Assembly (NCBI RefSeq): GCF_042685645.1
Contig: NZ_JBHUNX010000001.1
Coordinates: 4,511,319-4,575,318, forward strand
Direction of reading: 5' to 3'
DNA: 64,000 bases
Origin: Salininema proteolyticum
GTDB lineage: Bacteria > Actinomycetota > Actinomycetes > Mycobacteriales > Micromonosporaceae
Position 1 is the stretch's first letter. Each line of letters begins with the position of its first letter. The notes under the pieces are model-generated. The model was not told the DNA's origin. It ran no database searches and was given only the letters and a program-made list of their open reading frames with translations. Positions 28,601 through 36,463 of this stretch are shown here, piece by piece. The translations under genes were made by a program, and so were the position numbers.

Positions 28601-30860
28601 CGAACTCGTCGAAGTCGGCGAAGCGGGTCTCGAGGTTCTCGATGGTCACCAGCAGGCGGGCCAGCTGCTCGTCGCACGCGCTCGGGTTGTCCGCATTGGA
28701 CAGGGCGGCGGTGACGGCCTGGTTCAGCAGCGCGTACTCGGCGGCGAACTCGGCGCGGCCCTCGCCCTCGGCGAGGGAGCGCTTGCGGGCCTCCAGGGAG
28801 GCGCGGGTCCGGTTGACCGCGGCCAGCACCTCGGAGACGCGCCCCAGGATGGCGGTGCGGACGGTGGCGTCGGCGATGTCGAGGTTCGCCACGACCTGCG
28901 TCAGCCCGTCGAGGCCCTCCTGGTGGGCCGCCAACGACTCCAGGACCGGAGCGGCCTCGGCGACCGTCTCCAGGGACTCGGCCTTGGCCGACAGCCCGTC
29001 GATGTCCTTGTGGTAGGAGTCGAAGGCGTCGTCGCGCTCCAGGAACGACACCGCGCGGCGCGCCGTCGAGTCGAGGCACTCCTCCAGGTCGGCCTGGACG
29101 GCGTCCAGGCCCTCGCGGTCGATGTACTTGGTGTCGCGCAGGGTGATCGCGTGGCCGATCTGCCCGCGCAGCTCGGTCAGCAGGTCCACCCACTGCCCGG
29201 CGGACTTGGGCGCCTCGCCCCGGGCGCGGCGGATCAGTTTGAGCGACTTGTCCTTCGCCTCGGCGAGGTTCTTGCGGGCCAGATCGGTCAGCTCGGTGAC
29301 CGTGGCGTACTCGTCGAGCACGGACTCGGCGGTCTCGCGGATCTCGCCGAGCGTCTCGTTCAACCCGTGCAGGCCCTCGTCGGCCAGCCACGGGTAGTCG
29401 TCGACGCAGCGGGTGGCCAGCGCGATCAGCGCCTCGTACACCGCCTGCGTCGGTTCGGCCTCGCGGACGGCCCGCACCACCGACAGGGAGTCGGAGACGG
29501 CCCGGACGGCCTCGGCGTTGCCGACGCGCGCGATCGGGTTCGCGTCGTGGTCGGCCTCGGCCTCCAGTGCGGCGGCGCGCGCGTCGGAGATGAAGGGGGA
29601 CTCCCAGATCTGCAGGGTGTGCACGCGCGTCGGCTCGTCCTGGGCGCGGAAGGCCAGCAGGGTGCCGTCGTCGAAGATCGTGTAGCCGTGGACGCTCATG
29701 GGCGCCGCGACTTCCTTGCGGATCAGGTTGTAGGGCAGCAGGAGGCTGCGGCCCTCGGAGTGGTCGTAGAAGACGTAGAGGACGTCCTCCCCGTTGGGGG
29801 AGCGCAGGGCCCGCTGGAAGGTGAGGCCCTCGACGTCGTCGGTCTGGAAGGTCTTGAGGACGCCCTCGTTGAGGTAGTAGCCGCCGGGGAAGATGATTCC
29901 GTGGTCCTCCGGCAGCGCCCGGCAGGACAACCCGATCTCGTCGACGCGGCGGATGTCCCCGGTGCGCGTGTTGTAGAGGAGGTAGCGGGTGCGCTGCTCC
30001 TTGTACGGGAGGATCTTCAGCAGCAGGAGCGGGCCCACCCGGGCGTAGGAGATGTCGGCGTCGGCCAGGGACTGCAGCCGCTCGTCCACCGGCTCGGAGT
30101 AGATGCCCTCGCCGGTGGCGGTGTTGTCCTCGACCTTGACCGTCAGCGAACCGCCGACGCACTCCACGAACAGCTCGTCCTCGATCGAGACGTGCGGGTG
30201 GCGGCCATTGACGTGCATGTCGCGCGTCGTCACCGTCCACTCGAAGTCGTGGTCGGCCGGCTGGACGTCGTCGGCCTCGCCCTTGTTGTCGATGTAGTCG
30301 AGCGACCCGTCGTTGCGCCAGCGCAGGACGCGCCGGTCGTTGGCGTTGTCGCCGATGGTGAAGACCGCCAGGATCCGCGAGTCGGTCTCCCGGATCCGGT
30401 ACAGCTCCGTGCCCCGGTAGTACCGGTACATCTCGGTGAAGTCCTTGGTGAACTGCTCCTGGCCGAGGACGTGGTGCGTCTCCTCGGCCTCGGTCAGCGC
30501 GAACTTGCCGCCCTCGCCGGCGAAGTCGTAGACGGTGAACACGTCGGACACCCCGGTGGTGGAGCGGAGCCCGATGTGGACGTTGTACCCGAAGAGCAGC
30601 TTCCCGCCCACCTGCACCATGTCCCGCGGCACGCAGTTGTTCGCGGTGCGCACCCGCGCGGTGCCCAGCAGCGTCAGCTCGGTCGAGCCGAAGGCCTCGA
30701 CCCGGTCGCCGTTGAGCGCCTCGGCGCGGCGGCTCAACTCGTCGGCGCGGGCCGCCAGCCGCCGGGTCAGGACTTCGTAAGTGCCCTGGTCCAGAGCGCC
30801 CTCGTTCGGGGCTTCGTCGGTCTCTTCAGTGGTCGTCGGCTCGGAGGCTGCCTCTGCCAT
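25602..30860 (-). CDS. giant (1752 aa) multidomain protein with one embedded dynein/MoxR-clade AAA+ (AAA_5-type) ATPase module
   Basis: Uninterrupted ORF. Residues about 1-450 are beta-rich. Residues about 450-1200 are helical or coiled-coil (LEAR/AEAL-rich). Walker A LLMLISPPGYGKTTLMEY (about nt 27005-27025), Walker B NVLLYLDDIQH, and sensor/Arg region AVCMAGNPYTEAGQKFRIPDMLANRADV match the AAA_5 pattern NP...G....LP.A..DRF. The C-terminal about 150 aa are Ser/Pro/Ala-rich and disordered. Gene presence is confident; function assignment is not. Confidence 0.85.
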   Translation of the reverse strand: MAEAASEPTTTEETDEAPNEGALDQGTYEVLTRRLAARADELSRRAEALNGDRVEAFGSTELTLLGTARVRTANNCVPRDMVQVGGKLLFGYNVHIGLRSTTGVSDVFTVYDFAGEGGKFALTEAEETHHVLGQEQFTKDFTEMYRYYRGTELYRIRETDSRILAVFTIGDNANDRRVLRWRNDGSLDYIDNKGEADDVQPADHDFEWTVTTRDMHVNGRHPHVSIEDELFVECVGGSLTVKVEDNTATGEGIYSEPVDERLQSLADADISYARVGPLLLLKILPYKEQRTRYLLYNTRTGDIRRVDEIGLSCRALPEDHGIIFPGGYYLNEGVLKTFQTDDVEGLTFQRALRSPNGEDVLYVFYDHSEGRSLLLPYNLIRKEVAAPMSVHGYTIFDDGTLLAFRAQDEPTRVHTLQIWESPFISDARAAALEAEADHDANPIARVGNAEAVRAVSDSLSVVRAVREAEPTQAVYEALIALATRCVDDYPWLADEGLHGLNETLGEIRETAESVLDEYATVTELTDLARKNLAEAKDKSLKLIRRARGEAPKSAGQWVDLLTELRGQIGHAITLRDTKYIDREGLDAVQADLEECLDSTARRAVSFLERDDAFDSYHKDIDGLSAKAESLETVAEAAPVLESLAAHQEGLDGLTQVVANLDIADATVRTAILGRVSEVLAAVNRTRASLEARKRSLAEGEGRAEFAAEYALLNQAVTAALSNADNPSACDEQLARLLVTIENLETRFADFDEFATQLEDKRNDVYEAFTSRKQSLLDEAARRAGQLADSADRILEAVKRRAAGLDTLDEINTYFASDPMIERLRKVVGELRGLDETVRAEEIEGRIQTARQEAGRALLDNQDLYDGDAIKFGRHRLPVNSQPLDLTLVAEGDSMAFSLAGTDYRSRVEDPEFLSTREYWDQHLPSENAFLYRAAFLATSLLEEHGPARLGSQDLAALCTSAASERYDEGYERGVHDSDAAAILAELLRLRTAAGTLRYPAASRALARLWWTHGAGSDQRERFRVEAVSRHKLQELFGGDALKDLRAEVAEAVADWDPIHAGSPASAAEYLIEELAEASRGFALSGRAKTLLDGFDRHLSPAVRDGLDKDLAALEDSLASQWHLAYSWLEAYASQSDDERFDAGDLPEAAAHLVAPTDTYDLSADLYGTVENLLGTHPTVKDRTLSFRLDDLLDLSRHFRSEVLPGYRAYQEKRSDLVARHKESLRLEEYKPRVMSSFVRNQLIDEVYLELIGANLTKQIGAGSEGNRRTDQSGLLMLISPPGYGKTTLMEYVADRLGMMLVKVNGPSLGHGTVSVDPDEAPNATARQEVEKINFALECGNNVLLYLDDIQHTNPELLQKFISLCDGTRRMEGVWNGRTRTYDMRGKRFAVCMAGNPYTEAGQKFRIPDMLANRADVWNLGDILGGREDLFAQSYIENALTSNPVTTPLSGRSRSDVRLIIRLAADDPTATQDDLEHPYSAGELDQILSVMRKLLHIQKTVLRNNMAYIESAATDDASRTEPAFFLQGSYRNMARLAERVVPVMNEEELEAVIDDHYRGEAQTLAAGAEANLLKLKELRGRLSDEEKARWAEVKESFLKQKALGGGSEEDPVNRAIGAIGLLSDQVSAIGSVMRDYAAQDPKPVVVQGSAGSPASGPAPAASSVEARPRSEQGGAARADQPAARPSTPAQASAEAARNSGNDGEPHEAGIRKRSGGGEKTVQLRPPAETAAGEPDTHKSQKLWGPSYDDRDAD

Positions 30861-30938
30861 CGTCGGTGCCCTCGCAATGGTCGTGGTTCGGAGGTGTCAG
30901 GGGGGACGGAACGGGCCTCGGGCCCGGGCCATAGGGAC

Positions 30939-30971
30939 GGGAGGAGCGCCGGTGCGAAGGGCGCTCCTCCC
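30939..30971 (-). promoter_or_regulatory. perfect 12-bp-stem hairpin between the flotillin stop and the start of the giant gene (possible partial terminator or attenuator)
   Basis: GGGAGGAGCGCC / GGTGCGAAG / GGCGCTCCTCCC, beginning 12 nt after the flotillin stop on the minus-strand transcript. No U tract follows. Confidence 0.45.
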
Positions 30972-30982
30972 GCCTGACGCGG

Positions 30983-33019
30983 CTAGCGCGTCATCTCTAT
31001 GACGGGCTTGTCGTCGACTCCCAGCTCGCGGGCCTTGGACAGCAGCCCGGACACGGCGGAGTCGGATCCGTCGCGCTGCATCAGCTTCGTCAGGGCGGCC
31101 GAGACGGTCAGGTTCTTGACCTCGTCCGAGCCGACGGTGGACAGGACCTCCTTGAGGTCCTCCGAGAAGCTGGTCGAACCGTTGGACCAGTTCGCGGCGA
31201 TGCTCTGCGCGACAGTGGAGTTCTCCATGAAGCCGTCGACGGCCTTGCCGTAGGACACGGCGCCGGCGACCCGGTCGAAGAACTGGGTCTCGCCGCCGAC
31301 GATCGAGATGTCGGCGCCCTCCAGACCCGTGGCGATGACCTTGGCCTGCTCCTCGGCGATCGAGCGGCGGGCGTCGATCTCGGCCTGGCGCAGCTCCTTC
31401 TCCATCTCCAGGCGGAGGCGGAACTCCTCGTGCTCGCGGCTGGCGTTGGACAGGGCGTCCATCGCCGCGGCCTTCTCGGTGAGGCCCGCGGCCTCGTTGC
31501 GCAGCTTCTCGCGCAGAACCTCGGCCTCGGTGGTGCCCTTCGCCTTCGAGGCCTCGGCCTCGGCGAGGCCCAGGGCCTCGGCGGCCTTGGCCTCGGCCAG
31601 CCCGCCCTTCTCGATGGCGTCGGCCTCGGCCTCGCGGACCTGCACGGCGGCGAGTCCGTCGGCGGCGGCCAGGGCCTGCTCGCCCTCGGCCTGGCGGACC
31701 TTGGCGCGGGCGTCCATCTCGGCGGCCTGCTGCTCGGCCTCGGCCATCGCGATGCGCTCGCGGGCCTTGAACTTCGAGGCCTGCTCGGCGGCCTCGGCGG
31801 CCTTGATGTCCTTCACCAGGTTCTCCTGGGCCTCGGCCTCGGCGGAGATGATGGTGGCCTCGCGCTGGCGCTCGGCGTCCTCGACGGCGCGGAGGCGCTT
31901 GATGGCCTCCTCCTGCTCGGCGACGGTCTTCTCCACGGCGATGCGCTCGCGGACGACCTCGGCGATGTCGCGCTTCTCGCCCTCGACCTCCTTGTTCTTG
32001 GCGATCGTGGCGAGCTCCTCCTCGCGGTCGCGGGAGACGACCTCGAGGACGCGGTCCTTCTCGATGCGCTCGGTCTCCACGGCGATGACGCGCTCGCGGT
32101 TCTTCTCCGCCACGGCGATCTCGCGCAAGCGGTTCTCGTGGAGGACGCCGGTCTGCTCCTCGGTGGCGATGCGCGCGCTCTCGGACTTGAGGTGCTCCTC
32201 GGCGCGGACCTTGGCGACCTCGGCGTGCTCGCGGGCGCGGAGGGTCTCGATCTCGCGCTCCTGGCGGATCTTGGCCTCCTCCTCGCGGCGCTCGAGCTCG
32301 AAGATCGACTCCTGCGCCTCGACGTCCTGGCGCTTGATCTCGCGCTCTTCGTTGCGGCGGTGCTCGTTGGTGGAGACCGACTCGCGGGCGGTCAGCTCGG
32401 TGATCTTCCGGATGCCCTGGGCGTCCAGGATGTTCTCCGCGTCCAGCTCCGTCATGGGGGTCTGCTCGAGGTAGTCGATGGCGACGCCGTCGAGCGTGTA
32501 GCCGTACAGTTCCCGACCGACCATGGCCTTGATGCGGTCGCGGAAGCCGTCGCGGTCGGTGTACAGGTCGGAGAACTCCATCTGCCGGCCGACGGTCTTG
32601 ACCGCCTCGGAGAACTGGGCCTGGAACAGGTCCTGCATGGTCTCGTCGTCACTGGCGCGCTGGGTTCCGACGATGTCGGAGACCTTGATGACGTCCTCTT
32701 CGATCTTGTTGACCTTCACGAAGAACGTGATGTCCACATCGGCGCGGATGTTGTCGCCGCAGATCAGGCCGTCCTTGCCGCGCCGCCGGATGACCAGCGG
32801 CTTCAGGGCGATGTTCATGATCTCGGTGGTGTGGATGATCGGGAAGACCATCGCCGAGTTGAACGACACCTTGACCGACGACCCCATGCGCTTGATGATC
32901 ATCGCCTGGCCTTGGGCCACTTTGCGGTAGAAGAGCTTGATGGATATCAAGAGGCCTAGCACCACCAGTGCTAGAACGGCCACTGCGATCCATATCGTGG
33001 CCATCACGGATTCGTCCAT
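30983..33019 (-). CDS. flotillin-like SPFH/band-7 protein (YqiK/FloT type) with a long Ala/Glu-rich coiled-coil extension
   Basis: N-terminal TM, then SPFH domain (QAMIIKRMGSSVKVSF...RADVDITFFVKVNKIEEDVIKV). Flotillin-type EA-repeat coiled coils. 678 aa. Confidence 0.9.
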   Translation of the reverse strand: MDESVMATIWIAVAVLALVVLGLLISIKLFYRKVAQGQAMIIKRMGSSVKVSFNSAMVFPIIHTTEIMNIALKPLVIRRRGKDGLICGDNIRADVDITFFVKVNKIEEDVIKVSDIVGTQRASDDETMQDLFQAQFSEAVKTVGRQMEFSDLYTDRDGFRDRIKAMVGRELYGYTLDGVAIDYLEQTPMTELDAENILDAQGIRKITELTARESVSTNEHRRNEEREIKRQDVEAQESIFELERREEEAKIRQEREIETLRAREHAEVAKVRAEEHLKSESARIATEEQTGVLHENRLREIAVAEKNRERVIAVETERIEKDRVLEVVSRDREEELATIAKNKEVEGEKRDIAEVVRERIAVEKTVAEQEEAIKRLRAVEDAERQREATIISAEAEAQENLVKDIKAAEAAEQASKFKARERIAMAEAEQQAAEMDARAKVRQAEGEQALAAADGLAAVQVREAEADAIEKGGLAEAKAAEALGLAEAEASKAKGTTEAEVLREKLRNEAAGLTEKAAAMDALSNASREHEEFRLRLEMEKELRQAEIDARRSIAEEQAKVIATGLEGADISIVGGETQFFDRVAGAVSYGKAVDGFMENSTVAQSIAANWSNGSTSFSEDLKEVLSTVGSDEVKNLTVSAALTKLMQRDGSDSAVSGLLSKARELGVDDKPVIEMTR

Positions 33020-33138
33020 GGAATGTCCTCAGAAGAATAATCGGGAGCGGGTTGGGCTTTGTCGATCGTATACGGTGCCGTCAACGCCCAGGGAGCGAGC
33101 GCCGGCGTCTATGCCGCGGCACGGGGATACGTGCTTTC

Positions 33139-33768
33139 TCAGTCTATGTCGGTGGGTATCACGAGATACGTGTCCGTGTCGTCATCATAGTCGAAGATGA
33201 CAACCGTCTTTCCGCGCCCGTAGTCGTCGTCGCCGACCGGCTCGGGCTCGTGGTGGGAGCGTCGGATGTTGACGGTGTGCTCCGCGCCGGAGTCGTCCTT
33301 CACGTCGGCCTGGCCGTACTCGGTGGTGACGGAGCCGGTGCGGATGACGCACTGGCGGCCGACCAGGTCGCTCCGCTGCGTCACGGGGGCGTCCTCGAAG
33401 ACCTTGGACAGCGGGGCGGCCAGGAGGCGGGCGATGAGCATCCCCAGCCCCAGCCCGGCCACGAGCAGGGCTATGCCGCCCACGACGATCCACACCGTCG
33501 CTCCGGACGTGGACCGGAGCCAGATGGTGCCGAGCATGGTCACCACCCAGCCGGTGATCGTCCACAGGCTCAGGATGACGGTGGCGGGCACCGAGCCGAA
33601 GCCCAGCGAGGAGAGGAAGCTGTCGCCGTCGGCGTCCACGTCGGAGTCGAAGGCGTCTATGTCGAACAGGCCGAGCATGACGATCAGCCAGTAGAGGACG
33701 ACGAGGATCATGCCGAAGGTGAACACAACGGGAGGGAAGGAGACGGCAGTCTCGAGGAAATCGCGCAT
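33139..33768 (-). CDS. NfeD-family (YqiJ-like) membrane protein, the usual partner of flotillin
   Basis: Start at MRDFLE (RBS-like AAAGGAT upstream). 3-4 TM helices plus a C-terminal OB-fold-like segment (LVGRQCVIRTGSVTTEYGQADVKDDSGAEHTVNIRR). Lies 119 bp upstream of the flotillin gene on the same strand. Confidence 0.75.
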   Translation of the reverse strand: MRDFLETAVSFPPVVFTFGMILVVLYWLIVMLGLFDIDAFDSDVDADGDSFLSSLGFGSVPATVILSLWTITGWVVTMLGTIWLRSTSGATVWIVVGGIALLVAGLGLGMLIARLLAAPLSKVFEDAPVTQRSDLVGRQCVIRTGSVTTEYGQADVKDDSGAEHTVNIRRSHHEPEPVGDDDYGRGKTVVIFDYDDDTDTYLVIPTDID

Positions 33769-34072
33769 CGGGCTCGATCCTTTATCGTGCTGGGCAGGGG
33801 CGATAGTGGTCCGGGCTCCGCGAGGCGGCGGCGCCCGCGGCTTCGCCGAACGGGCGGTTCGGCGAGGTCCTGACTCCACTATAAGGAACGCGCGCGCCGG
33901 AGGCCAGGTTGCGGATGAGGCCGGTGACCGCGCTTTCGCCTCGGTGCGAGGAGAAGACGAAGGACGTTCGTCCGGTCGAGCCGGCCGCGGCGAAGTCCGT
34001 CCGTGCTCGCGGGGCGAGGGGCGACCGACTATCCTGAGTCCGTCGGGTCCTCACCGTCCGGAAGGAGCGCCT

Positions 34073-36463
34073 GTGCCGGGTTTTCGCGCACACCTCGAAC
34101 GGTCCCTGTCCGCCTTCTCCGCGATCCCGGAGCGGATCGCGCGGCTCGGAGCCCGGGCCGAGGCGGAACCGGCCCCCGTCGACCCTCGCCTGGCCGCCGC
34201 GGAGGACGCGGCCGCCTCCTCACTGGACCTCGACGACCTGCGCGGAGATCCCTGGCGCCTTCCGGTGGGGCACTTCGCACTGCACAGCGGAGCGACCGTC
34301 CCCGCCCTGGTCCCCTTCGGGGAGGGCGGCCACCTCGCGCTCTCCCGCGACGCCCGCGACCCGGCGGTGGCGGGCCTGGCCCAGACCGCCCTCCTCCACG
34401 TCCTCGCTCGCACCGACCCCGGCGCCGTCCGCGTCGTCGGCATGGACACCGGCGCACTGGGAGCGGCCTTCGCGCCCTTCACCGCCCTGCAGCAGGCCGG
34501 CGTGCTGGAGGAGGTCGCCACCGACGCCGCCGGTCAGGCGCGCGTCCTCGACATGGCCGAACGGCAGGTCGCCGAGGCCATCGCCGGGCGGTCCGACGAC
34601 CGCTTGGTCCTCGTCGTGGCCTCATGGGAGGCGCCCACCCGCGCCCACCGGCAGCGGCTCGACGCGCTCGCCCACTCCGGAAGGGCCCACGGCGTCGCGA
34701 TCATCGCCTGCGGACTCCCCGACCTGCAGCAGGCGACGAGGATCGACATCGGCGAGAGTTCCGCGACCGTCCACAATCCACCCGGGGAACCGTGGACGAC
34801 GGGCGAGGAGTACGCGATCCCGCTGACCCTGCCGTCCGTCCCGTCCTCCTCCTACCTGGCCTCGGAGGCCGCCCGCCTCGCCGACCGCGCCCGGGAGGCG
34901 GGGACCCTGCGCTTCTCGGACCTCGTCCCCCTGCGGACGGGCGACGCCGACCCCGCCGACGGCCTCGAGGTGCGCATCGGCCGCGACCGCTCCGGCGACG
35001 TCGCGCTCCGCTTCGACGACCTCACGCCGCACTGGCTCATCGGCGGACGCACCGGCGGCGGCAAGACCGTCTTCCTCCTCGACCTGCTCTACGGGCTCGC
35101 CACCCGCTACCGGCCCGGCGACGTCGCGCTCTTCCTCCTGGACTTCAAAGAGGGAGTGTCCTTCAGCGAGTTCATCCCCACCGGCCGCGACCGCACCTAC
35201 ATCCCGCACGCGCGCGCCGTGGGCGTGGAGTCCGACCGCGAGTACGGGCTCGCCGTCCTGGAGGCGCTCTCGCAGGAGATGGTGCGGCGCAGCCAGGTCA
35301 TGAAGAACCTGGGGGTGTCCTCCTACGCCGCGCTGCGCCGCCACGAGGAATATCCGCGGATCGTCTGCGTCGCCGACGAGTTCCAGGTGCTGCTGGCCGG
35401 CAACGACCGCGTGGCCCAGCAGGCCGTCGCGGCCCTGGAGACCATCGCGCGCAAGGGCCGCTCCTACGGCGTCCACCTCGTCCTCGCCTCCCAGACGCTC
35501 TCCGGCATCGAGTCCCTGTGGGCCAAGAAGGACTCCATCTTCGGGCAGTTCCCCATGCGCGTGGCCCTGCCCGGCGCGAAGACCATCCTGGAACCGGACA
35601 ACAACGCCGCCCAAGGGCTCTCCCTCGGGCAGGTCGTCGTCAACACCGAGGGGGGAGCCAAGGGCGCCGACCGGATCGTCCGCTTCCCCAACGCCGACGA
35701 CGACCACATGCGCGCGGTCCGCGAGAATCTGAACCGGACCTTCGCCGACGCCCGCCCGCCCCGGATCTTCTACGGGTACAAACCGCTCCACCTCTCCGAC
35801 GCCCTTCCCGGAGAGAAGGGCGGCGACCGCCTCGCGCTCGGGCGGCACGTGGACGTCGGGCTCAGCATCGCCGCCCCGGCGCTCACCCGGTCGCCCGGAC
35901 GCAACCTCGCACTGCTGGGGTCGGACAAGGCCCTGGGGGAGACGCTCGAAGCGGCGGTCGAGGGGCTGGTCCCCGAACGCCGTGTCGTCGCCGTCGACGA
36001 AACGGGGGCGGCCGTCCTCCCCGAGGGAGTCGAGAAGGCCGCCTCGCTCGCCGAGGCGATGGAGGACGTCGCCGACGACACCGTCATAGCCGTGTGGGGG
36101 GCGGAGAACCACGGCCTGGACCGCGCCGGCCTCACCCGGTTCCGCGAGCTGCTCCGCCGCGGTCCGGAGAGAGGCGTCCACATCCTCGGCTGGTGGCGCG
36201 CACTCCGCCGTCACATGGACGACATCGGCGGCAGCGCGGGCCGGGAGGACTGCGCGGTCAGCCTCGTCGGCACGATCCCCGGAGGCGAGCTCATAGGCCA
36301 CTTCGGACAGCAGTACTCGCACTGGTCGCCGCGTGCGGGAAGGGCTCTGCTCATCGACCGCCACAGCGACGACTCCGGCGGGAGGCTCATCATCCCGTTC
36401 ACGAGGCCCGAGGGCGTGGCGATGCCCCACCAGTCCGGCACCGCCGAGGAGAGGATCTTCTGA
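34073..36463 (+). CDS. FtsK/SpoIIIE-family ATPase without transmembrane segments (about 797 aa, single P-loop)
   Basis: GTG start preceded by GGAAGGAG. Walker A HWLIGGRTGGGKTVFLLDLLYGL and Walker B RIVCVADEFQVLLAG, with a HerA/FtsK-type arginine-finger region. No hydrophobic helices. The first about 400 aa and last about 330 aa carry no recognisable motif. Confidence 0.8.
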   Translation: MPGFRAHLERSLSAFSAIPERIARLGARAEAEPAPVDPRLAAAEDAAASSLDLDDLRGDPWRLPVGHFALHSGATVPALVPFGEGGHLALSRDARDPAVAGLAQTALLHVLARTDPGAVRVVGMDTGALGAAFAPFTALQQAGVLEEVATDAAGQARVLDMAERQVAEAIAGRSDDRLVLVVASWEAPTRAHRQRLDALAHSGRAHGVAIIACGLPDLQQATRIDIGESSATVHNPPGEPWTTGEEYAIPLTLPSVPSSSYLASEAARLADRAREAGTLRFSDLVPLRTGDADPADGLEVRIGRDRSGDVALRFDDLTPHWLIGGRTGGGKTVFLLDLLYGLATRYRPGDVALFLLDFKEGVSFSEFIPTGRDRTYIPHARAVGVESDREYGLAVLEALSQEMVRRSQVMKNLGVSSYAALRRHEEYPRIVCVADEFQVLLAGNDRVAQQAVAALETIARKGRSYGVHLVLASQTLSGIESLWAKKDSIFGQFPMRVALPGAKTILEPDNNAAQGLSLGQVVVNTEGGAKGADRIVRFPNADDDHMRAVRENLNRTFADARPPRIFYGYKPLHLSDALPGEKGGDRLALGRHVDVGLSIAAPALTRSPGRNLALLGSDKALGETLEAAVEGLVPERRVVAVDETGAAVLPEGVEKAASLAEAMEDVADDTVIAVWGAENHGLDRAGLTRFRELLRRGPERGVHILGWWRALRRHMDDIGGSAGREDCAVSLVGTIPGGELIGHFGQQYSHWSPRAGRALLIDRHSDDSGGRLIIPFTRPEGVAMPHQSGTAEERIF

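Noticed and set aside
25416-30977. 1853-aa plus-strand ORF and 1495-aa alternative minus-frame ORF (25753-30240) overlapping the giant ATPase gene
   Set aside because: Both are Gly/Arg/Pro/Ala-dominated with no domain signatures. The third frame (25602-30860, minus) has normal amino-acid composition and clear AAA+ motifs, so these are shadow ORFs.
33710-36463. 917-aa version of the FtsK-like ORF and the 1027-aa alternative-frame ORF at 34003-37086
   Set aside because: The first about 120 codons of the long version overlap the divergent nfeD gene's leader and lack coding character. A GTG with a GGAAGGAG RBS at 34073 gives a sensible start. The 34003-37086 ORF is an Arg/Pro-rich shadow frame except for its last 207 codons, which I kept as a separate gene starting at the ATG at 36463.
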